DNA from: Halocafeteria seosinensis
Lineage: Eukaryota
DNA: 64,000 nucleotides
NCBI GenBank assembly: GCA_001687465.1
Contig: LVLI01000194.1
Span: 1-64,000, forward strand
Direction of reading: 5' to 3'
The translations under genes were made by a program, and so were the position numbers. This document shows positions 46,989 through 58,074 of this stretch, piece by piece (positions within the stretch are counted from its first letter, which is position 1; each line of letters begins with the position of its first letter). Below the pieces are notes generated by a model. It did not search any database. It saw only the letters and a list, made by a program, of their open reading frames with translations, and had not been told where the DNA came from.

Positions 46989-47441
46989 TTTTCCTTATTC
47001 TTCGTATGGCTCAAGAGAAGCCCAGCCAAATTTAATTGGGAAAGTGCTCGAAGCTACAGTCTCATTGTTGGCGAAGCCCTCTGCAGCATACTTCCGTCTA
47101 ACAGTGCTTCAAAACTAATTCGCATTTTTCCGCTTTGAGTTCGCTTACAAATCCGATGAAAATGGGTCATGCGCCTTGAATACGGGCTACTGAGCGGAAT
47201 TGTCAACCGAAGGGTCTTCAACGCTCGAACATGACCCAACTTCACAGTGCATTCTTCAAGACCGAAGCATAATGGACCGCCACTTCTGGACCATGTTGGT
47301 GTCAAGCTGAACCATGGTGTATGTGCAGAGACTTAGAGTATCTGCGGCACTTATGTAACAGTAGTCAGATGTTTTGTATTGAGGTTAACGGCAAATCGTG
47401 TGTTGGTCATTACATCTTGAACAGTGTGCAAGCCAATCTGA

Positions 47442-48308
47442 ATGTTAAGGCTAGCTCGAAGCCCCTTCTCGGTTCCTCAAAGAACCAGCAGCAGTTGGAA
47501 AAACTCCTACTTTAGCACCAAAATGGCATGGGATCCTCAGCAGTACGGCAAATTTGAAGACGCCAGATTACGTCCCGCTTTGGAATTGCTGGACCGAATT
47601 CCCACTTCGACGGCCACACGTGTATGTGATCTCGGCTGTGGAACCGGCGTAGCTATTCCTTATCTAAAACGGAGGTGGCCTGGAGCGAATGTCATCGGAG
47701 TTGATTCGTCTGGGGAAATGATCCAGACTGCACAAGTGGCACTTAGTACCGACGATACAGTTTGTTTGGAAGTTGCTGACCTAATAGAGTGGTTAACGAC
47801 AGCTACTGCACAGTCTTTCGACGTTATATTCTGTAATGCTGTTCTGCATTGGGTCAAAGATCACGCCCTGATTATGGAGCAATTTAGAAAATCTCTTCGT
47901 CAAGGGGGGACTCTCGCTATTCAAATGCCAAATTCCTATCCCCAGCCCAGTCACGCACTCATGCGCGAGATTGCTCGAAAGGGACCATGGTCGCCAACTC
48001 TGAGACAAGTGGAAGGCGTTCAAGAACTGCTAGACCCAAAGGACTATTACGAATTGCTATCACCTCTATTTTCCTCTATTGACGTTTGGGAGACGAAATA
48101 TCTGCAAGTCCTCGAGGGCTCCAACCCTGTGTATGAATTCACGAAGGGTTCAGGTCTACGGCCATACTTAGATGCCCTGTCCCATATGGATATGAAATCC
48201 AGTTTCGACGAAGAGTACTCGCGAAGAATCAAGGAGCTATACCCAAAACAAAGTGACGGCAAGACGTTGTTTCCTTTCGGTCGTCTATTCTTGGTGGCAA
48301 CCGTGTAA
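47442..48308 (+). CDS. tam: Trans-aconitate 2-methyltransferase (bacterial Tam type), intronless; core starts at ATG 47523
   Basis: MAWDPQQYGKFEDARLRPALELLDRIP...VCDLGCGTG...GVDSSGEMI...DVIFCNAVLHWVKDH...GGTLAIQMP...PSHALMRE...KGSGLRPYLDAL...LFPFGRLFLVA. Confidence 0.92.
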   Translation: MLRLARSPFSVPQRTSSSWKNSYFSTKMAWDPQQYGKFEDARLRPALELLDRIPTSTATRVCDLGCGTGVAIPYLKRRWPGANVIGVDSSGEMIQTAQVALSTDDTVCLEVADLIEWLTTATAQSFDVIFCNAVLHWVKDHALIMEQFRKSLRQGGTLAIQMPNSYPQPSHALMREIARKGPWSPTLRQVEGVQELLDPKDYYELLSPLFSSIDVWETKYLQVLEGSNPVYEFTKGSGLRPYLDALSHMDMKSSFDEEYSRRIKELYPKQSDGKTLFPFGRLFLVATV

Positions 48309-48845
48309 GCCTGGTGAACAGCAGTGCGCTAACTTGTTGCCTGAGTGAGGTCAATTACGTTATGATCTTACTCTTAAGTGGATCATCTCCAATATCGTAT
48401 AGGGACCGTCGGCGACATTCCGGACTGAACCCTATACTTTCGATTCTGTCAGAGGGGTAGAATGTTCATAGAGGTAACCTCTCCGGCGCGTTACAACCAT
48501 AGGCCTAGTCGGCTACAAGAACAAAAGAACACTGCAAACAGCTACAGCTAGAGGAACTACGGTAGAACAAGCTACAACAAAGACTGAACCCCCTGCACAA
48601 GTTGCACATTACCCCGTCACGGGGGATCCCAGTGCCTGACAGAATCTTGCAAGCCGCTTGTCTACAAAACACCGACGGTGTCACCCGTTACTTTTCTGAG
48701 AACAAAATTGTTTAAACAACATACCTGATCTCACACAGTGATCGTCAGAGTACAGTGCTGTAACTACGGGAGGAGATGAGATATCCTTGATTAACCACTG
48801 TCACGCTCTCTTCTCCCCAGACCGAGATATTGCTGTAGGCTGAAT

Positions 48846-51800
48846 TCATATGTCGGTGTGGTAACTCCGTGGAACATAACGTCTGGAGGATGAACCAAAT
48901 CTACTTTTGGGGTTGCCGACCGTGGTGTTTACTTCACCTCGCACGTTCGTATCAGTAGAAGTATGTGCCGACCCCCTCCTCTCAACTTTCACGTTCCTCA
49001 GTTCGACGTCGAAATTCTCTAAACATGCAAGCTGCGACTTCGCATTCACCCAAGCATGTGCCGCTCGCATTTTCTTGGGCTTCAGTCTCGACACTTCGAC
49101 CTCGAAGTCCTGTAACTCATTTGGATCAACACGAGACGTCCGGTGGTTGTTATGCTTCGAGCAGAGGGGCATCAGAAATGTGAAGTGTATTCTGCGCACT
49201 CTTGCAGCAATATCCAACTGTCTCCACTTTCTTGCCACTGCGGGAACGAGAGACAAGCCTACCACGAGGAGCGCAAGTAGGAACACTCCATGTGTGAAAA
49301 GAAGAGCGAAATCCAGAAGTGTTGTTTTCCACGCATCCACTACCGCGCTACGCAATAGCCCTATCCCAGTGGTTGCACATGTGATAAGGGAGGCCGCCAC
49401 TTCCGCAAGATTTAGAGAAATATTGATTTTGTAAGGCCGAATAGTGGCCACTATCACTTGAAATATGACTAGATGCACTAACGCAACTGAGACCTGGTGT
49501 AGTGGATCATCTGAAAAAAAGATAACTAGGAGCAGCACCGTCTTACGAAGCATCACCAGAGCAGGCCACATGTAGCCAAACTTGCGAACTCGAAAACCCT
49601 TGATCTCTTGTAGAAAGTCTGCTTGGATGCCCTGTCGTGTCGCCGTGCTGTGCATCCGGCGCAGGGTAGCAATTCTGAATAAAGGAAGACCCATAACTAT
49701 CGTCACAAGCGTGAAAATCCCCAATGCAACGAGTATCCTATATTCTGGCTGGCTGGTCTTGAACGAGAGATCGGCCTTCAACCTTTTTTCTCCGTATAAC
49801 TCTTCCGGATATACCTGAAACAGGTCAAGTACCGCAATGGTGACTGCAGAGTGGATCTGGCTGAGAAGAGTAAACACTGATCGCAGGACGAGCCTTCCCG
49901 GATTGAATATAGTGGGCCGGAAGAAAAGTGATAGCGACGCCAAGACTACTGGACACAACGCGGTAAGAAACCACGGAAGCATGAGACTGATAACCGAAAG
50001 AGTAAAAAAGCTCCACCGAGTGACACACTGAAAAGCAGCAGGACGTGTGGGGTCCAACAAGAAAACTCTCGACAGATCATCGTACCACCCGAGGTTGTCG
50101 CCGAAAGGGCTGTACTTCAGTTTCCCTAAGATCGAATTTACTTGCACGAAGTCAATCACAAGCAGAAATAAGAGCTCTAGAGCAACATATGCATCGTGTC
50201 CGGTAGCATGTTTGAAGCATTCTGTAGATGGATCGTCTCGCAAGCTGGCACGTGGAGACTTTGGGCTTGGGGCGTATCTCTCGTGATCTTCCTTTCTTTC
50301 GTATCGCCGAGGGATATTGACTACGACAATGACGGAAAGCTCAAGTAAACCCCAAAGGCATGAGGTTACTATTGCATTACGGGTATTCGGGCATTGGCGA
50401 CAAAGGGCGCCTCGTTTTACGTATCCTGCTCTGCAAACGGCACACAGCGGGCCAGTATGACCTTTCACGCAAGTGGTAGTAAAACTGGTGCTGTTAACAA
50501 GGCAAACACTTTGGGGCAAGCAAGAGTGGAATAGGACACGCTTGTCTTCGCCTCTTATCCTATTTATCATCTGACTTCGAATACCCTCGACGGTGAAATT
50601 GCGCTCCGAAACTTCACTGTTGCCGTCTACACAAAGCTCACACCAAAACCCATTTAGCATCCGCAGTTTTCCATGGGAGCATGCCAATCCCATCGAAGGA
50701 CAAGGAGTACACTCTGTACTTTGAGGAGGAGAAAAATACCCAGAGGGGCATACAAGGCACTCCTCTTCGTCGGATGGATAGGGTAGATACCTCCCTTCAC
50801 CGCAGGGACGACATGACGTACGACACGCAGACATCGCTAGTTTGGACGAGAAACCAGGCTGACACAGACATTTATCCCCGCGTTCATTAAGCAGCTGATG
50901 CTGGCCGCAGTGTACAGCTTCAGGAAAGAGAGCAGCAGGTAGAGGCGCAATCGACTGGCCATTGATGCCAACGTCGACCTCCACTTGCGATAGCTCCCGG
51001 AAAATGAGACAAAAAGTGAAACTTTCAATAACGTTATGAGTTTGCACCTTCCGCGGAAGCCTGAGAGAAACAGCCGATTTAGATGATGTCACGAGTAGCG
51101 TGAGTACAGGTAGAGTTTCTTCCAAACGGGAAACATTTTCTAGGCTTCCGTAAACAGCACGGGCAGGTGCATTCCCAAATATGTCCTTCAAGGTGACGTC
51201 GAATGACATCAGTTCTCCGACACTACTTGTCTTGTTAGAAAAATGAACATACGAATTGTTTATCTCAGCAGGTCCTGAACGAAATGTAGCGCGTGATGAT
51301 AAAGAGCGAGTGTCGCGAGAATGGGAAAATTTATGGCCTCTTTTCCATTGGTCCAACGTCAATACCGAAACAGAGTACTGAAGGTGCAGGGTTTGGTCGA
51401 ATGGTTTAAGAACTTCAGACGTTTCGCCAAGGTGTAGAAGCTTCGACAAGTAACCAATCGTCATAGGGAGAAATTTTTTAGCTTTCGGGGCAATCACCAG
51501 AAAACTTGGGGGCATGGTCAGCCAGCTCCCCAGCCTTTGTCTTCCATTTTTTGCTTTTAAATGCAGTGCTCGTCGGGAGCTGCACGGATCAACATTCAGG
51601 GACGTATTTTGATTGCGCAGTGCATCTGAACACATAGAAACTTCAAAATTTCCGGTATTCACTATGACGTAGTCCTCAGCGACATTTACCAAGTTCCAGC
51701 CAGCTGCTTTTACTAATCCTGGCTGCAGTTCCAACCCTACGGATTGTTCAGGGCAAATAAATACGGAGGTAACCAATAGTTGCAGCTTCATCCACAGCTG

Positions 51801-54791
51801 GCGTCCATAAAGAGCTCTGGATTGAACCATCGGATGGTCGAGTTGTTGATTTGCCCCTTGCGAGCCATCCGTTTCTACTAGTATCCAAAGAGTAAACCAA
51901 CCGCTGTTATTAGTAGCTCGGGGAAAAAATTGCAATGTGAAAATGGAAGTTTCGGATACCGCGGGTGGAATCACACCGGCCAAAGGAACATCGCCCGGCA
52001 AAGGGCTGACCCAGGGAATACGTGCTATCTTTCGTAAAGAAATTTGACTAGCTTTCCATCGGACATTCGTTGTGTAATTGCCTCTGTTGGACACCCCGAC
52101 GCTTCGTTGCACCACAGAGTCTCCATCACTAAGTTTCAGTGTTATTTCCTCCGTCGTAAGTTGGAAGAAGGACTGGAAGCCTCAGTTGCCTAGTCGAGCT
52201 CGAAGTAGCATCCGTTATATAAAGGTGAATGTACGAATTCACGACGCCCGCGGGAGCCTGTGCGACGTTAAAATACATATCCTGTTTGCCGACGAAAACA
52301 GAGCCTCCGGAAGAACCCGAACTTGTTTCGACAACTACGACGGGACCCATCGATACAGGTGATGGGCTGGGATCCAAACGTAAACTGCGCGGCTTATGTT
52401 CGCTGGCTTGTTGGGGGATACTCTAAATGACGCGTGAATCACCAGCTCTTCTGGTTGTATGCGGGGCTCAGCCAGTTTAGACGTGAAACTGGAATTTGAT
52501 GGAATAGTAATAGATGATTGTGAAGGGGTGGTAGAGACAGTTGTAGTCAGTAGGGTCTCCGTTAACGTACGAGTGGTTGCGGGAGAACATGAGGTCACCA
52601 ACGTCATCGTTGCACTTGGTGGAAGCGTGAGTGAACGCGTTGAACTATCTCTGGAGGTAGATGCCACCGATAGAGACGAAGACCATGTAACTGAGGGAAT
52701 CGCCCTCGAGAGTGTGGTAGGCGATCCTGTTATCGTAGGCGTTGCACGACTGATTAAGGCGTTTGAGCTAGTTCGAAAGCCAGAGGAGGTTGCTGGAGAG
52801 GAAGTCTTCGAGGACGTCGTCATACTTGGCGAAGCCGTGGGTGAATCCATCGGACTAGTTGTTGATGTCGGAGGTACTGACGGAGAAGATGTAAGTGAGG
52901 TGGTCGCGCTGGGCGATGTTGTCGGGGATTCTGTTATCGTAGGTGTTGCACTACTGGTTAACGTGGTTGAAGTAGTTCGAGAGGCAGAGACAGTTGCTGA
53001 GCAGGAAGTGGTCGACGACGTCGTCATACTTGGCGAACTCGTGTGTGAATGTGTCGGGCTAGTTGTTGTGGTCGGAGATACTGATGGAGACGAAGAAGAC
53101 GTAAGCGAGGCGGTCGCACTCGATGATGTTGTCGGAGAGCCTGTTAATGGAGGGCTCACGCTCGTGGTTATCGTGGTTGAAGTAGTTCGAGAGGCAGAGA
53201 CAGTTGCTGAGCAGGAAGTGGTCGACGACGTCGTCATACTTGGCGAACTCGTGTGTGAATGTGTCGGGCTAGTTGTTGTGGTCGGAGATTCTGATGGAGA
53301 CGAAGAAGACGTAAGCGAGGCGGTCGCACTCGATGATGTTGTCGGAGAGCCTGTTAATGGAGGGCTCACGCTCGTGGTTATCGTGGTTGAAGTAGTTCGA
53401 GAGGCAGATGCAGTCGCTGTAGAAGAGGGGGAAACTGTAGGCGCTAATGTTGTACTCGTCGAGGGGGATTGCGAATGCGTCAGGCTAGTCGTCGAAGTTG
53501 GCGACACTGACGGAGACGGAGAAGCAGCGGTTAGTTCGTACGTTGGTATAGAAGAGTTCCGTCGAAGAAGTGGCGTATCGGCAGATACAGACTCCCATAT
53601 TCTTGGGTCCCAGCACTTTGAGCTAGTGTTTACGTCCGCGACGGAGCAGTACAGGGTGCCCAAAATGTCACTGATGTTATCGGAGTTTCCTGTCACTTGT
53701 GTCAAGAAAATTTCTCCGGATCCCACCATGGGAGATTTACGGAACACCGAGTTTTCCACAGTCACGGTTTTTCTGGATGACGATATACTACCAATGAGCG
53801 CACCAGCAGCAGAGCCTACGCTACTGGCATCACTATACACGTTCCTAAGAGACACAGTTGAGCCATGAGTGGCAGTTTTTCCACCACAGATGCCCCCCGC
53901 CTCAGAACCACTCACAAATCCAGTAGAGTAAGAATTTGTGATTTTCACATTGTGACAACTCTGCCCACAGATCCCTCCGGCCCTCGCTCCTCTTACGCCT
54001 CCAGTGCTGTAGCACTCTGAAATCTCAACGACGCCGCCGTGCCTAGCACAATTCATTCCCACAATACCGCCGCTACTATGTTCCCGTATCCAACCCGTTG
54101 AAAAGCATTCTCTGATCTCGGTACCTCCTAAGGCGCTATACCCCGCAATACCTCCTGATCGTTTCCAACGGAGCTGTCCTGTAGAGTAGCATCGGAATAC
54201 CTTTACCAATGCCTTGTGACCTACAATCCCTCCCGAGTAAGGTCCATTAATCTGCCCCGAGGAGTGAGAGTTGGTAATAAGGGGTATTCCGTATTGCCCT
54301 CCTCTTCCACAATTATACCCACATATCCCACCACCTCCGTTGTTTCCCCAGTCGCCATGAATTGAACCCGTCGAGCTACAAGAGTCTACAAAAAAGCTAG
54401 GTTGACTGTGGCGCACTATATAGCCACCCTTAACTGTGGCTCTACCTCCTTTCATGTGGATACCATGAATGAGCGGTGCTTTTCGCCAAGAATCTACCCT
54501 CGTCGCCATTGCCACTAATCCTTTCCACCCTACCAGACCGTCGAGATATATTTCAAAGCCATTTCCTTCGAGTATATCGAAAGGTTCCAACAGAATATGG
54601 TCGGTCAACTCGAAATATGTGGCCCAATTAAAGGAGCATGTTAAGTTTAAGATGTGGTTGAGATAGCCCTGAATATGGTGAAATTCCCAGCAGGGTTGCG
54701 CGGTGCCGTCGACAATCTCGGGTCTGAGATTCCTCGCTTCAACAGGGACCGCAAGCAATATTACTGTAGAGAGCAATGCAAATGCACTCAT
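48846..54791 (-). CDS. Large receptor-like membrane protein (signal peptide, GLUG-like repeats, Ser/Thr mucin stalk, Cys-rich TNFR/EGF-like repeats, multi-TM C-terminus); frame interrupted near 52160-52380
   Basis: ORF 52335-54791 holds the signal peptide, GGICG/GGIVG/STG repeats and S/T/P stalk. ORF 48846-52115 holds CLCQPGF...CPSGYFS...CVKGHTGPLCAVCRAGY and about 7-9 hydrophobic helices with W..LVMLRK and RPYK motifs. The two ORFs are in the same frame but separated by stops. Confidence 0.7.
52962..53408. repeat. 210-nt (70-aa) near-perfect tandem duplication in the mucin stalk
   Basis: cgtggttgaagtagttcgagaggcaga recurs at 52962, 53172 and 53382. I saw one mismatch between the two full units (ggagatac vs ggagattc). 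Confidence 0.92.
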
Positions 54792-55409
54792 GATGGTCTA
54801 AGTAATTGGACGGTGCGTAATGCTGTAGTAGGTTCCCCAGACAGCGGGCAGATAGGCAGTGTGTACCACATGCACTGTGCACGTAAACCCTTTTACAGAA
54901 ATCCTAACTTGCCATTGGAACCTGAAGCAAGTTGTTAGACGCACTGACTGCTGCTAATTTCCTCGGAAATGGAAATGGAAGGGCAGTAGCAAAACAGAAA
55001 ATGACTCAGTGGAGAGAGGGACAGTCTTAGGTACTGGCAGAGGGTTATGCTACTATTTTCGCGCGAACTGCAATCAATCTGAGAAATGTGTGTGCAGAAA
55101 CACTGGCGATTCGTGGAGATTCCTACAGACATTTCCTGTCGTAAACGGCATACTGTGGGTGGCATTAACGAAAGTTCTCCCGGAGGGTTGTACTAAGGGG
55201 AGTCCTGCCCAGGATATAAAATTCTAAGGTGCGACTATGCGACCTGCTGGAAGCGGAGAATATCACCCAGCCCCCAAACGAACAGCCGCCACAGTTTAGT
55301 AAACGAAAGCCCGGGTTAGTTGGGAGGACAGTGCTATAAGTGACGCGTAGCAGTGTATGTACCCGAAATTTGCAGACAGCGACACAGACAGTGTGTATGC
55401 GATCTGGAA

Positions 55410-56620
55410 TTGCACACTTTGAAAACCAAGTTTGTTATTGTTGACTTTTTTACTGCTTTTGCTTTAATTTCTATGTCGTTTTGAGTTACAAAGCTGCATA
55501 ACTTTGGCCTAAACCTCAGTTCCGGAACTTTGCGGTAAATCCAATTCTTCTTGGAAATCTTTGATATCGCAAAAAAAATCTTCACTGTGGATTTCCTAGT
55601 ATACCTATCAGTATCAGTAAACATTAAACTCGCATTGGCCGTATCTTGGTTTCTTGGTTTAACAACATCATACATATGTAGTGCCGGATGGACGTTATTC
55701 CAGACGGTCCTGTCACCAATACACTGGGACCCGATCCCACGGGATCTCCGGGGCTTGGAGTCCGGATGCTTATGCTTCCAAACAATCACCTATGATGCAG
55801 CTGATATTAACATTTCGCTTTATCATCCAATCTTCGTTACAGCTCAATTGACTTCCGGAAATCGAACGAGACTCCCGGTGGGTGAGTGGGTTTGTCACAC
55901 TGCGTTCGTTAAAGTCCGTTCGGTACATCGTTCTCGCGTTGGCATTAAATTTATACATTGTTATTTTACTTAATTCTGAAATAGCTAAACCAACCGCAAT
56001 TGGCTTTGTAAACTTGAAACCTTCTTTTTTGTTATCTATACAACCACTAAATGTACATCGGTCAACTTCCCGCCGGTGGTTTTTCTCAAATTCATCTTAG
56101 CCTGTGAGCTTAGTTTTGTATTTTCTCTATGTACATTGTATGACTTCATAAAAAGCTTCTTGAAATTTCAAAACATTAAGAAAGTACGTTGTTAGGGTTG
56201 TCGTTTTGAAGCTGGTGGGTGTCGATTTTCTTGTGGATTTTCTTGGTCCAAATCTTTTTAATATTAACTCTTCCGAATTTTCTGGAATCTCTTCTAACTC
56301 ATTTTCGCTACATGTATTTCTTGCCACTTTTCTAATTAAAGATTCACTGTCATACCTTGTCATAATATGAAATAAAAGTGGACTTTTCCAAATTATAAAT
56401 ATTATGAGAAGCTCCTCAGTTAAATGACAATGTTCTCTAACCTTATCCATTATTGTCTAATCCAAACTTTTGCCACAAACCTAACACTCAATAGTATTCA
56501 AAAACTTTATACATTCTCCTTTCGTTCGTTCATTTTCTCGTATGCGTCATACATTTTTTCTCTCATATTTTACACGTTTTCTTATACAACTTTTATTTTC
56601 ATCATTGTAAAATACCCTTA
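55410..56620 (-). pseudogene. Degenerate protein-primed DNA polymerase B (Polinton/Maverick/virophage type), endogenous viral relic
   Basis: AT-rich segment with collinear but frameshifted or deleted pPolB motifs: C*VCGK...DKVREHCHLT..RGASHNIYNL, PLLFHIMTRYDSESLIRKV, IPENSEE, KFTKPIAVGLAISELSKITMYKF, SLMFTDTD, RPKLCSF, KAKAVKK. Confidence 0.85.
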
Positions 56621-56912
56621 CTCTAGCAGTCAGAAATAAAGGCCGATTCTAAATGTGCCCTTCTTAATTGGCGCTTTTATGCAGGTCTCTCATTGGATAA
56701 AAAGCAGAAATATCGGATTTGACAAAGGGGAGGGGGGCCCCCCAGTGTGGAAGGGTTTCAACGCACGCAGGAGCTGCTGAAATGCACATGTGCGTATATG
56801 AATAGCAGGGGATGCTTTTGCAGTGATTAAGGAATATGATTTCGGAATGGAGCAACAACGATTGTATGAAAAATGACAAGGGTTCAGACGATTCAAAGTT
56901 ACAAACATTCTG

Positions 56913-57452
56913 TCAGAGGGGATAACCATGACGTAGAATGGAAATTTTTTCGAGAGCATGTCCAACTATCTCCTCTACAGAGCGGCTAACATCCACGCAA
57001 ATTGCTTCGGATTCTTCAGGGGGTTCCAATGCTTCAAACTGGCTATTAAGAAGTGCGGGGTCGAAAAAGTGTGACGAACGAGCTCTGAGTCGGAGTTGAA
57101 GCACGTCTTCTCGTCCGCGAAGATACACGAAGATGACTTTTGATTTACCTTGCGTCAGCATCTCTCGGTACGACTTTTTGAGTGCTGAGCATGCTATGAC
57201 AATTGTCTTATCGGTTTGGGCTCGCATCATATCAGTAAAGCTCCTGATCTCCAGCAACCATGGCCATCGATCTTCATCGGTCAACGGAAGTCCACGAGCC
57301 ATTTTCCGTTTGTTTTCTGCCGGGTGGAATGAGTCTCCATCATAAAACAGGCCGTTCAGCCGCTGAGCTAGAATATGTCCAACAGTAGTTTTGCCGGTTC
57401 CGGAGACCCCCATCACCACTATAACGCGACCTTTAGCCCTTGCGTTATTCAT
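56913..57452 (-). CDS. gntK: Gluconokinase (GntK/IdnK family), intronless
   Basis: VIVVMGVSGTGKTTVG P-loop, DGDSFHPAENKRKMARGLPLTDEDRWPWL, IACSALKKSYR, HFFDPALLNSQFEALEPP. Confidence 0.95.
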   Translation of the reverse strand: MNNARAKGRVIVVMGVSGTGKTTVGHILAQRLNGLFYDGDSFHPAENKRKMARGLPLTDEDRWPWLLEIRSFTDMMRAQTDKTIVIACSALKKSYREMLTQGKSKVIFVYLRGREDVLQLRLRARSSHFFDPALLNSQFEALEPPEESEAICVDVSRSVEEIVGHALEKISILRHGYPL

Positions 57453-58074
57453 TGCCCTCCAGCGTCACAAGTCGTCGCTCACACAGTTGCGATTCCCACA
57501 GTACATACTCCGAGTCACACGAGGGTGAACTGTATCTAGAGGTTATTCACTGTTTGAACTACTAGCGCAACGTGTTCCACAGCCATCAGATCGACGTGAA
57601 TGAGATGTACCATATGGTATGCTGCTCGGTGGCGCATCTCACAAAAGGGGGACACGTTAGAGTGTTGTACCAAGAGTAGTAGGTTCCAAGGAAAAATCAT
57701 GCAGTTTCAGGTACACAAGAATTCACAATTTTATGACGATGTTGAAACAAGGTGTGACATGCATGGGGTATTGTATGCATGTGTTTGTATATGGTATCAT
57801 GTTTGATGGCAAGTTGAAGAAAGCTTCAACATGCTCTCAAACGGAGCATTTCCTGGGTATAGGATAGTGAATACATGATACGCGAAAGTATTGTTACATG
57901 TTATTGATAGAAGAACTACATACCTGAATCATTTCGAGTTTACAGAAAGAACTGAATAGAGATGCGTAGATGACAGGGAATTGAATTGGCCACAGCTTTA
58001 CTGAGACCTTCTCACCATTGCGTGATAATACAAGGTGTATTGTGAGCCAAAATCCGAGAATTCAGTACAGCAGG

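Noticed and set aside
52962..53408. Repeats as a possible CRISPR-like array
   Set aside because: The units are contiguous, in-frame 210-nt coding repeats with no unique spacers.
52459..53868. 469-aa plus-strand ORF rich in V/E/D/G
   Set aside because: It is the antisense shadow of the Ser/Thr/Pro mucin stalk on the minus strand.
55845..55880. GTTCGA-containing tract on the minus strand resembling a tRNA T-arm
   Set aside because: I could not fold a cloverleaf or find an A-box or acceptor stem.
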